Position numbers and translations under genes: made by a program. Below, one piece after another: positions 17,278 through 25,273 of a DNA stretch of 29,022 bases. Every line of letters starts with the position of its first letter. Position 1 is the first letter of the stretch. Source of the DNA: Thiorhodovibrio sp. (GTDB lineage: Bacteria > Pseudomonadota > Gammaproteobacteria > Chromatiales > Chromatiaceae); assembly GCA_007128075.1 (NCBI GenBank), contig SKYD01000077.1, positions 1 through 29,022 on the forward strand, read 5' to 3'. Below the pieces are notes generated by a model, which saw nothing but the letters and a program-made list of their open reading frames with translations, searched no databases and was not told the DNA's origin.

Positions 17278-18222
17278 ATGTCCGCCAGTCCATCACCCGA
17301 ATCTCTGCGTGCCGCGCTTGGTCAGGCACTGACCGCCGCTGGCGAGATCATTCTCGGTAAAGAAACTGAATTACGCCTTGCGCTGGCGTGCCTGCTGGCG
17401 CGAGGTCATCTGTTAATTGAGGATGTGCCCGGGGTGGGCAAAACCACCTTGTCACATCTGCTGGCACGGCTGTTGGGGCTTGATTATGCCCGCATTCAAT
17501 TCACCAGCGATCTACTCCCAGCCGATATCATCGGGGCTTCGGTGTATGAGCGTGCCAATGAGCGGTTTCAATTTTATCCAGGGCCAATTTTTGCCCAAGT
17601 GGTGCTCGCCGATGAGATCAACCGCGCCACACCCAAGGCGCAAAGTGCTTTATTAGAGGCGATGGAAGAACGCCAAGTGACCGCAGAAGGCAAAACCCAT
17701 CGCTTACCACAGCCATTTTTTGTGATTGCCACCCAAAACCCGACCTATCAGGTTGGCACCTTTCCGTTGCCTGAATCGCAGTTGGATCGCTTTTTGATGC
17801 GGCTGGAGTTGGGCTATCCTGATGCTGAACAAGAAAAAATTCTACTCGCTGGCGAGGATCGTCGCCATCTGGTTGCCAACCTACAGCCGGCATTGACTCC
17901 CGCCCAACTGCTGGCGCTACAACAGCAGGTTGAAAACATCAGTGTCGCAGCACCCATCATCGACTATCTCTATGCCATCTTGCAGCTCACCCGCACCAGC
18001 AATCGCTTCTTGCACGGACTCTCCCCCCGCGCTGGGCTGGGTCTATTGCGAGCTGCCCGTGCCTGGGCACTGATTGCCGGGCGGGGCTATGTCATCCCTG
18101 AAGATGTGCAAGCTGTGGTGCCACCCTGTGTGCCACATCGACTACTCAGTGGCGAGGATAATGGCCCAGTTGGACATGCTGCCATTGCCGATTTTATCCT
18201 CGATGCTGTGGCGGTGCCTTGA
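17278..18222 (+). CDS. moxR: MoxR-family AAA+ ATPase (MoxR proper)
   Basis: EDVPGVGKT (Walker A), RIQFTSDLLPADI, LADEINRA, ATQNP, LPESQLDRF and SPRA. Confidence 0.93.
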   Translation: MSASPSPESLRAALGQALTAAGEIILGKETELRLALACLLARGHLLIEDVPGVGKTTLSHLLARLLGLDYARIQFTSDLLPADIIGASVYERANERFQFYPGPIFAQVVLADEINRATPKAQSALLEAMEERQVTAEGKTHRLPQPFFVIATQNPTYQVGTFPLPESQLDRFLMRLELGYPDAEQEKILLAGEDRRHLVANLQPALTPAQLLALQQQVENISVAAPIIDYLYAILQLTRTSNRFLHGLSPRAGLGLLRAARAWALIAGRGYVIPEDVQAVVPPCVPHRLLSGEDNGPVGHAAIADFILDAVAVP

Positions 18223-18239
18223 TCCATTGAGTACCAAAA

Positions 18240-19445
18240 ATGACTGATATCCGCGTCCCTTCTCTTCCTGAATCAGTCGCCGAGGCGACGGTGCTTGACT
18301 GGCACAAACAGCCCGGTGATTCAGTCACCGCAGGTGAAACCATCGTCGATCTCGAAACCGACAAAATCGTGCTTGAGGTTCCAGCGCCAGCAACAGGCGT
18401 GCTGACAGAGATTCTTGCCCCTAGCGGCACTGTGGTCTCATCACAAACGCCGTTGGCACGGCTTGACGGTGCCACGCCACCAAAACCTGAACCTGAATCA
18501 AAACCCGCGCCACCACCACAGCCCCCTCAAGCTGAGCCAAGGTTAGCCCCCGCTGCGCGGCGGCTGGTCAAAGCCTTGGATCTCGATCCGCAGACGATAA
18601 CCGGCAGCGGCAAAGATGGGCGGATTCATAAAGCTGATGTCGTTGCCTGGCTCGATGAGCACGAACAGACCCAGCCGCCAGCCGATCCTGACAGCGTGCC
18701 ACTGTTAACACCTGCAGTTCAGCGCGTGCCATCTGCATCGCCTAAGCGTGGTGAACGCCGCCAGCCAATCAGCCGCCTGCGGGCGCGGATTGCCGAGCGG
18801 ATGCTGCAAGCGCAACAGCAGACCGCGACCCTGACCACTTTCACTGATGTCGATATGAGCGCGATCCAAGGACTGCGCGCCCGCTATCAGGACAGTTTTG
18901 AGCGCACTCATGGTGTGCGTCTTGGCTTCATGTCCTTTTTTGTCAAGGCGGCAGTGCATGGCTTGCAGCGGTTCCCGGTGATCAATGCCACACTCGATGA
19001 CCATGAGATTGTTTATTATGATCATGTCGATATCGGGGTCGCGATTGCTGCCGAGCGCGGGCTGGTGGTGCCGATTGTCCGCCACTGTGAACAATTAGAC
19101 CTTGCCAGCGTCGAACGCCAGATTGTTGAGTTGCGTGATAAGGCCAATGCGGGCAGCTTAACCCTCGATGAGCTGACTGGCGGCACTTTTTCGATCACTA
19201 ACGGTGGAGTGTTTGGCTCGCTGTTATCAACCCCATTGCTCAATCCGCCGCAAAGCGCGATCTTAGGGATGCACCGCATTGAAAAACGCCCCGTGGTGCG
19301 CGATGATCAGATCGTCATCCGCCCGATGATGTACCTAGCACTCAGTTATGATCATCGGCTGATTGATGGCCGTGAGGCGGTACAGTTTTTGGCTACAATG
19401 AAGGAGGCGCTTGAGGATCCTGCGCGCCTGTTGTTGCGAATATAA
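18240..19445 (+). CDS. sucB: 2-oxoglutarate dehydrogenase E2 (dihydrolipoyllysine succinyltransferase)
   Basis: Lipoyl domain ([10 protein letters not shown]), E3-binding domain ([13 protein letters not shown]), and catalytic domain ([31 protein letters not shown]). Confidence 0.92.
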   Translation: MTDIRVPSLPESVAEATVLDWHKQPGDSVTAGETIVDLETDKIVLEVPAPATGVLTEILAPSGTVVSSQTPLARLDGATPPKPEPESKPAPPPQPPQAEPRLAPAARRLVKALDLDPQTITGSGKDGRIHKADVVAWLDEHEQTQPPADPDSVPLLTPAVQRVPSASPKRGERRQPISRLRARIAERMLQAQQQTATLTTFTDVDMSAIQGLRARYQDSFERTHGVRLGFMSFFVKAAVHGLQRFPVINATLDDHEIVYYDHVDIGVAIAAERGLVVPIVRHCEQLDLASVERQIVELRDKANAGSLTLDELTGGTFSITNGGVFGSLLSTPLLNPPQSAILGMHRIEKRPVVRDDQIVIRPMMYLALSYDHRLIDGREAVQFLATMKEALEDPARLLLRI

Positions 19446-19457
19446 CGGTATGTTGAT

Positions 19458-20459
19458 ATGAAGGTGCTTATTCGTGTTGATCGTGTCGCCGCCATCTTGG
19501 CAGGGTGCGATTGCTATGGCGATCTGATTGCTGAGATTGATCCTGCTGATTTCAACCTCGATGAGCGCACCGCGCTCGCCAATGCCCCAGAGCAAGATGG
19601 GATCACTGATCTCACCGCGCCCTTTGCCGCGCCTGGCGATTATCCGCGCCCACCAGAAACTGCGATGCCGGATGTCCGCGCCTGGCTGCGTTGGCGGATC
19701 AAATGCGCCAGCCTCCGTGAACGCGCCCTGCGCAAACAGCGTGCCGCCTGGGATGAACAGGCAGAACAATATATCGAGTATTGGTCACAGCAGCCGCTGG
19801 AGCAATTTGTCCGCAAAGATTGGCCAGCGATCTATTACAGTGCCACTCTGCCCAATGTTGCCAGCCAGGGCCCATCCTTGCCCGAGCGCGAGGCCATTGA
19901 TGCCCTCATGCGCATCGAGCAGGCACTTGCCCCCTTGCTAGATCAGGCGCGCGAGCTGGCCGAGGAGCGCAATCAGGCGATTGAACAGCGCAAAGCCCAG
20001 CAGGAAGCCAAGCGACGCGACGCGCAAACCCGCCGTGCTGAGCAGCTTGCCCAGTGGGTCGAGGAGCGCATGGATGAGAATGCGAAGGCACGCTTTAAGC
20101 TCAAATTATTACCCGAAGATGAGATTCTCGACACCATCCGTAGCGATATTTATCGCCCGCTGGACGGGTTCGAGCGTTATCGCAAAATTCGTTTTGATGA
20201 CATTGAACACAGTGATCATTGCACTGGCAGCCAAAGCCTTGATTGCGACACCGACGAGGCCAAGCAATTGAGTGCCGAGCAATTTGACATTTACCGTCAC
20301 ATCGAGCGCGCCGCCCCTGAGGGGGCGCGTCTTAAATCCTTAGTCCATAGCTGTGCCTGCGAAAGCTGCAACGCCGGATTGATCCGGCGCAGTGTGCAGG
20401 TGGTGGTGGCTGTCGGCGAGCTGTTATTTAGCCGCGAATACGCGCTCGACCCCAAATAA
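19458..20459 (+). CDS. Hypothetical protein with coiled-coil middle and Cys/His-rich C-terminus
   Basis: 333-aa ORF in the operon position (12 nt after sucB, TAATG overlap with the next gene). No family recognised. Confidence 0.75.
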   Translation: MKVLIRVDRVAAILAGCDCYGDLIAEIDPADFNLDERTALANAPEQDGITDLTAPFAAPGDYPRPPETAMPDVRAWLRWRIKCASLRERALRKQRAAWDEQAEQYIEYWSQQPLEQFVRKDWPAIYYSATLPNVASQGPSLPEREAIDALMRIEQALAPLLDQARELAEERNQAIEQRKAQQEAKRRDAQTRRAEQLAQWVEERMDENAKARFKLKLLPEDEILDTIRSDIYRPLDGFERYRKIRFDDIEHSDHCTGSQSLDCDTDEAKQLSAEQFDIYRHIERAAPEGARLKSLVHSCACESCNAGLIRRSVQVVVAVGELLFSREYALDPK

Positions 20460-21514
20460 TGGCGCATCTATGGATTGCCATCACCGCGCATGGCTATGGT
20501 CATCTCGCCCAGATTGCCCCGCTGGTTGCAGCACTGCATCAACAACGCCCAAGCGTGCGCATCACCCTACAAAGCACGCTGCCATTGGCGGTCATTCGCT
20601 CGCGGATCAGTGCCCCATTCACCCTCGTTGACCAACCTGCCGATGTCGCCTTGCCGATGGATAACCCGTTGCAGGTGCGCTGGCGCGACGGCTTGGCACT
20701 CTACGAGGCCTTTGAGCGCGACTATCCGCAGCATTTAGCTCGCCAACAGGCACGGCTGGCGGCTGATCCGCCCACTGTGCTGCTGGCTGATGTGCCGTGG
20801 ATGCCGCTGGAGGCGGCGCACAAGATGCAACTGCCAGCAGTCGGACTCTGTTCGCTCAACTGGTATGACATCTTGCTCCACAGCCCCGTTGGCGGCGAGC
20901 TGTCAGCCGCGCTTAGCCAGCGACTTCAGCGCGTCTACCAACAGGCGGATTTGTTTTTGCGCCCCGCGCCCTCGATGCCAATGCCGTGGCTGAACAATGC
21001 GGTGGCAATTGGGCCGCTGGCTGCCCAGCGTCCTCGGCGTGCTGATGATTGGCGCCAACGCTTGGGGATTGCCGCCGAGACGCGGCTGCTGTTGATGCAG
21101 TTTGGCGGCACTGGCCATTTAACACTGAGCGGTGCAGTTCCCGCTGGCTGGCAGATTCTCACCCCCGATGTCAACATCAGTCCGCGCCCAGGCATCCATC
21201 ACATCGCAGCAGACGAGGTGCTCGATGCCTTAGCCTCGGTCGATGCCCTGCTCACCAAGCCCGGCTACGGTGCCTTTGCCGAGGCCGCCTGTCACGGCAT
21301 TCCGGTGATCTATGTGCGCCGCGATGATTGGGCGGAAACCCCGCATCTGGTGACTTGGCTGGCGGCGCAGCAGCCGACCGCAGTGCTGGAAGACTTGACC
21401 ACCGCCGCACTCGAACAGGCACTGACGGCGGTGCTGGCACAGCCGCGGCCGTCACCGCTTGCCCCGACGGGGATTGCTGAAACGCTGGCGTATCTGGAAC
21501 CTTGGCTGGCGTGA
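20459..21514 (+). CDS. GT-B glycosyltransferase-like protein (arabinokinase N-terminal-like family)
   Basis: ITAHGYGH N-terminal loop, LLADVPW, LLTKPGYG..AEA and RDDWAE, typical of the Glyco_trans_1_3/GT28-like group. Confidence 0.75.
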   Translation: MAHLWIAITAHGYGHLAQIAPLVAALHQQRPSVRITLQSTLPLAVIRSRISAPFTLVDQPADVALPMDNPLQVRWRDGLALYEAFERDYPQHLARQQARLAADPPTVLLADVPWMPLEAAHKMQLPAVGLCSLNWYDILLHSPVGGELSAALSQRLQRVYQQADLFLRPAPSMPMPWLNNAVAIGPLAAQRPRRADDWRQRLGIAAETRLLLMQFGGTGHLTLSGAVPAGWQILTPDVNISPRPGIHHIAADEVLDALASVDALLTKPGYGAFAEAACHGIPVIYVRRDDWAETPHLVTWLAAQQPTAVLEDLTTAALEQALTAVLAQPRPSPLAPTGIAETLAYLEPWLA

Positions 21515-21559
21515 AGGTTTCCCAACTGATTTGATCGTAACCGTTTGAGTTTTATTGTT

Positions 21560-22462
21560 ATGACTTTTGATCCAACCCAGCCCCCGCTAATTTTTGGCGA
21601 GGTGCTTTTTGATTTATTTCCTGCCGCCGACGGCACCACCACCCGCGTGCTTGGCGGAGCACCGTTTAATGTCGCCTGGCATCTGCACGCCTTTGGTCAA
21701 CAACCGCTGTTGATCAGCCGTGTTGGCGAAGACGCGCTGGGCGACGCACTATTGGCGGCGATGCGTGACCATGCCATGGCCACCCACGCCATGCAGCGCG
21801 ATCCTAGCCATCCCACCGGCACAGTGCAAGTCACCCTCGATCAGGGCGAGCCAAGCTATGAGATCGTCGCCGAGCGCGCCTATGATTTTATTGATGCCGC
21901 CGAGATGCCGCCCTGTCCATCAGGGGCATTGCTCTATCACGGCAGTCTTGCCTTGCGCCATGCGGCATCACGCCAGGCATTTGAGCATCTGCGCCAGCAC
22001 TCCGCGCCTGCGCGTTTTGTTGATGTCAATCTGCGCGATCCCTGGTGGACGCTGGATGCACTCAACGCACAGTTGGCGGGGGCGCGCTGGCTCAAACTCA
22101 ATGCCGCCGAGCTGGCGCTGCTAGCCCCCAGTGGCACCACGCCAGAACAGCAAGCCCAGGCTCTGCTGGCAGCCCATCATTTGCACACGATCTTTGTCAC
22201 CCAGGGCGCGGCGGGGGCGTTTGCACTCAGCAAAGACAGCGCGCCGGTGCGCGTTGCCCCAACTGAGCGGGTGAGCGTGGTTGATGCCGTCGGCGCTGGC
22301 GATGGCTTTGCAGCAGTGTTGATCTTGGGGCTATTGCGGCACTGGCCGCTGGAGCAAACCCTCAGCCGCGCCCAACAGTTTGCCGCAGCGATTGTTGGTC
22401 AACGCGGTGCCACAGTGCAAAACCCTGAATTTTATAGCAATTTTATGAGTTCATGGGGGTAG
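21560..22462 (+). CDS. PfkB-family carbohydrate kinase (fructokinase-like)
   Basis: IFGEVLFD, GGAPFNVA, SRVGEDALG, DVNLR, LKLNAAE and the DAVGAGDGF signature. Confidence 0.93.
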   Translation: MTFDPTQPPLIFGEVLFDLFPAADGTTTRVLGGAPFNVAWHLHAFGQQPLLISRVGEDALGDALLAAMRDHAMATHAMQRDPSHPTGTVQVTLDQGEPSYEIVAERAYDFIDAAEMPPCPSGALLYHGSLALRHAASRQAFEHLRQHSAPARFVDVNLRDPWWTLDALNAQLAGARWLKLNAAELALLAPSGTTPEQQAQALLAAHHLHTIFVTQGAAGAFALSKDSAPVRVAPTERVSVVDAVGAGDGFAAVLILGLLRHWPLEQTLSRAQQFAAAIVGQRGATVQNPEFYSNFMSSWG

Positions 22463-22492
22463 CCATTCACTCTGTTTTCCAGACATTCAATC

Positions 22493-22520
22493 GTAGGGGC
22501 GGCTCGCGAACCGCCCTTAC
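22493..22520 (+). repeat. GTAG-family REP-like palindrome (single copy in window)
   Basis: GTAGGGGCGG-ctcgcgaa-CCGCCCTTAC: a 10-bp stem with one G-U pair, starting with GTAG. Confidence 0.6.
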
Positions 22521-22593
22521 TTTTACCAATACTGCGGACAAATTTTTAGGTCGATACAGACTGAATAACGACGCGCAGAAAAAAAACAGTTGC

Positions 22594-22621
22594 TTGACTT
22601 CCGTACAGAGCTGTCTATAAT
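22594..22621 (+). promoter_or_regulatory. Near-consensus sigma70 promoter of tnpA
   Basis: TTGACT at 22594-22599, 16-nt spacer, TATAAT at 22616-22621; the ATG is 8 nt downstream. Confidence 0.7.
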
Positions 22622-22629
22622 TATTTAAT

Positions 22630-23259
22630 ATGAGCAAACACTACAGTATTGGAGAATTTGCCAAGCGGATTGGTCGCTCGGTGTCGACCGTGCGGCGCTG
22701 GGAGTGCGAAGGGAAGCTGCAAGCCAAGCGGCTGCCGTCGGGGCACCGGTATTTCGATGAGTCCGATGTTCGCCTGATGCTCGGTGGGGTGCCCCGTGAG
22801 CGGAATGTCGTGGTCTATTGCCGGGTTTCCAGCGCCGGACAGAAAGACGATCTCGCTTTGCAGGTACAAGCGATGGAAACCTACTGCCTGGGCGCGGGAA
22901 TCGCAGTGGATGAGTGGATTCAAGAGATCGGTGGCGGGATGAACTTCAAGCGCAAGCGGTTTCTTGGCTTGGTTGATCGGATTCAGCGCGGTGAAGTGCG
23001 CATGCTGCTCGTGGCGCACAAAGATCGGTTGATGCGCTTTGGGTTTGATCTATTGGCGCACTTGGCTGATGAAAACGGCTGCGAGGTCGTGGTGGTCAAC
23101 CAGGAATCGCTCTCGCCCGAGCAGGAAATGGTCGAGGATTTATTGGCGATTGTGCAGACCTTTTCTTGTCGGCTACACGGGATGGGCAAATACAAACAAT
23201 CCATCAAGGAGGACTTTGCCGAGATGCCCGTTCGCCAGCCCAAGGACGCCTGCGAATGA
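22630..23259 (+). CDS. tnpA: IS607 transposase TnpA (MerR-like HTH plus serine recombinase)
   Basis: YSIGEFAKRIGRSVSTVRRWE, GHRYF, VVYCRVSS (catalytic Ser), EIGGGMNFKR, HKDRLMRFGF, and QEMVEDLLAIV..FSCRLHG. Confidence 0.95.
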   Translation: MSKHYSIGEFAKRIGRSVSTVRRWECEGKLQAKRLPSGHRYFDESDVRLMLGGVPRERNVVVYCRVSSAGQKDDLALQVQAMETYCLGAGIAVDEWIQEIGGGMNFKRKRFLGLVDRIQRGEVRMLLVAHKDRLMRFGFDLLAHLADENGCEVVVVNQESLSPEQEMVEDLLAIVQTFSCRLHGMGKYKQSIKEDFAEMPVRQPKDACE

Positions 23260-23850
23260 AAGTCACGCGGATTTTGCACGCCAAGCGCGAGCACATTCGC
23301 AAGTTCAACCTAGGACGCAAAAAAACTGAACCGACAACTGGATAAAACCCACGCGCAAATTCGCGACATCGTTTTTCAATCTGTTCAGCAGAAGATTTAA
23401 CCGCGCCGATGGCGGGCAAGTCTTTCGGCAAGAATGTCAATCGTCGGCTGGCAAGCTGGACGAAAGGTGTTATTGCCGAAGCACTTGATTGTGTTTCAAG
23501 CCGTCGAGGTTCGACGGTCGTTGTGGTCAATCCTGCTTACACATCGCAAATGGATTCTCGAACTGGATGCCTTGACGGCAAACGGCAAGGGGATCGATTT
23601 TACTGTTCCGACGGGGTTGTGTTGCAGGCAGACCAGAACGCTGCGCGAAATGTGCTGGCGAGATTGTATGACCCTGACATCGAGCGGTTCACGCCGTTCA
23701 AGTAAGGTGAAAGAAATTTTGCTGGAACGGACTCAGCGCCTCCGGTTGGGACTGCTCAACCAGGACTCCAGTTGCTCGCCCTTCGGGGCGCTATCAACGG
23801 AGAGCGAATTACCGAAAAACCATCCTGAGCAACTTTGTTCAGGTTTTTAG
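23256..23850 (+). pseudogene. tnpB: TnpB (RNA-guided nuclease) remnant with large internal deletion and frameshifts
   Basis: ATGA overlap with tnpA. MKVTRILHA joins directly to KREHIRKFNLGRKK; then an extra A in the A7 run, a further shift before AEDLT (RuvC-II), NPAYTSQ, ADQNAARN (RuvC-III), and a 1-nt shift at ~23703 before KVKEILLERT. The RuvC-I region is missing. Confidence 0.85.
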
Positions 23851-23856
23851 GAACAG
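23760..23856 (+). ncRNA. Putative omegaRNA (TnpB guide RNA) scaffold at the IS607 right end; 5' end probably extends further upstream
   Basis: Long stem CTCC-a-GTTG-ct-CGCCC-TTCG-GGGCG-ctat-CAAC-GGAG (23766-23802, UUCG loop) and stem CCTGAGCA-actt-TGTTCAGG (23824-23843), at the position where TnpB omegaRNAs are encoded. Confidence 0.5.
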
Positions 23857-23859
23857 CCA

Positions 23860-25170
23860 ATGAATAAGCGTTTTGTTTTCGGGATTGGGTTATTGCTGTG
23901 TGCGCTGTTTGGTTACAGCATACTGTTGACAGCCTCGGAGCCAGAGCCAGCCAAGCTCCATCATGTCTCGTCTGAGGTTTGTGCCAACTGTCATGCTGAA
24001 ATTTATCGCCAATGGCGCGGCTCGATGCATGCCCAAAGCACCGCGTTGAGCGATCCCATCCACGAGGTTTTTTATCGCCAAGAAGTTGGCGATCCGCGAC
24101 AAGAAGGCATGAAACATCTGCAATCGGGCACCTTCCCGATCTGTTTGCAATGTCACGCCCCTAATGCCGCGATTGACCAAACCACAAAACTCGATGCCCA
24201 CACCGCCTACAGCGAAGGGGTCAACTGTGTTGCTTGTCACACCTTGGCGCGCTTTAAGGGCACCCAAGGTGACGATGGAGAATTGTTGCGGGTCGGGATG
24301 CAGGCCTATGAACGCTCCGAGGTGCTGCAAGGTCCCTTGGGCATGAACAATGCCCTGGCGGATTTGCTCGCCAGCAGCGATGATCTGTTTGGCGGCGCGG
24401 GTCTTGCGGTCAGCGATTCGCAGCGGCCCAATCCGCATCTTGGCGCACCAGTGACACTGGATGGCAAAACCATCCCCGCACTGTCGATGGAAGGCAATCC
24501 ACGGTTAATGAAAAGCTCGGATATCTGCATGGGCTGTCATGATCAGCGCAACAATCCGCACGGTGTGCCGCTGTGTCAAACTGGCGATGAGTTCCGCGCA
24601 AGTGGCTCACAGGTCACTTGTCTATCTTGCCACATGCCAATCAACGCCGGGCTGGCGGATCATTCGATGCCTGGTGGGCATATTCCATCGATGGTGGCAC
24701 GCGGCGTGCTGTTTGATGTCGATGTTGAGCGTGCGGGCGACACACTCCAAACCACGGTGACTTTGAAAAATCCATTGCCGCACGCGATGCCTACCGGTGC
24801 GCCATTTCGCAATGTCTACTTTAAGTTAATGGCGTATGACAGCAGCGGCACTTTGCTGTGGCAAAATGCCGAGGGGCATCCATCGCAAGACGACCCACAG
24901 GCCTATCTATCCTATGCCTTAGCCGATGCTGACGGTCAACCCGCGCCGCCGCCCACTGCCACCCAGCCTGGCGATGACACCCGACTGCAACCGCACGAAG
25001 AGCGCAATCTAGTCTATGAAATTCCAGCATCCGGTGTGGTGCTGGTGCGCGGCGAGCTGTATTACAATCTGCTATGGCCAAGCCTAGTTGAGCGTTTCTC
25101 GCATCTGCCCAAAGAGCTCACTGACCCGATGCAGATTGCTGTCGCCGAGCGGCTGATCACCAGCGAATAA
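23860..25170 (+). CDS. Secreted pentaheme cytochrome c (c554-like domain) with C-terminal beta-rich domain
   Basis: Signal peptide or anchor; five CxxCH motifs (CANCH, CLQCH, CVACH, CMGCH, CLSCH); WRGSMHA after heme 1. Confidence 0.88.
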   Translation: MNKRFVFGIGLLLCALFGYSILLTASEPEPAKLHHVSSEVCANCHAEIYRQWRGSMHAQSTALSDPIHEVFYRQEVGDPRQEGMKHLQSGTFPICLQCHAPNAAIDQTTKLDAHTAYSEGVNCVACHTLARFKGTQGDDGELLRVGMQAYERSEVLQGPLGMNNALADLLASSDDLFGGAGLAVSDSQRPNPHLGAPVTLDGKTIPALSMEGNPRLMKSSDICMGCHDQRNNPHGVPLCQTGDEFRASGSQVTCLSCHMPINAGLADHSMPGGHIPSMVARGVLFDVDVERAGDTLQTTVTLKNPLPHAMPTGAPFRNVYFKLMAYDSSGTLLWQNAEGHPSQDDPQAYLSYALADADGQPAPPPTATQPGDDTRLQPHEERNLVYEIPASGVVLVRGELYYNLLWPSLVERFSHLPKELTDPMQIAVAERLITSE

Positions 25171-25198
25171 CAGTGTTGATTTGGTTACAAGACCTGAC

Positions 25199-25220
25199 AG
25201 CCGGGAAAGACCGGCTTTTT
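25199..25220 (+). terminator. Rho-independent terminator candidate
   Basis: AGCCGG-gaaaga-CCGGCT followed by a T run, after the cytochrome stop. Confidence 0.6.
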
Positions 25221-25273
25221 GAACAGTACTTTGATGCTTTTGTACTGTACTGAGTTTTTTTTGATAAAATATC

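Larger units (their letters stand above)
22526..23856 (+). mobile_element. IS607-family element (tnpA intact, tnpB decayed); ends approximate
   Basis: Serine resolvase tnpA plus overlapping tnpB remnant. TTTTTAGG occurs near both ends (22543-22550 and 23844-23851). Exact boundaries cannot be fixed without the empty allele. Confidence 0.85.

Noticed and set aside
23256-23850. tnpB as a domesticated nuclease-dead repressor (TldR-like) or programmed frameshift product
   Set aside because: Multiple frameshifts, stops and loss of most of the N-terminal lobe indicate decay rather than a functional protein.
22526-23856. IS607 element as an IStron (group I intron-containing), since the end reads CAG
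   Set aside because: The left end is only ~100 nt with no room or motifs for a group I intron core.
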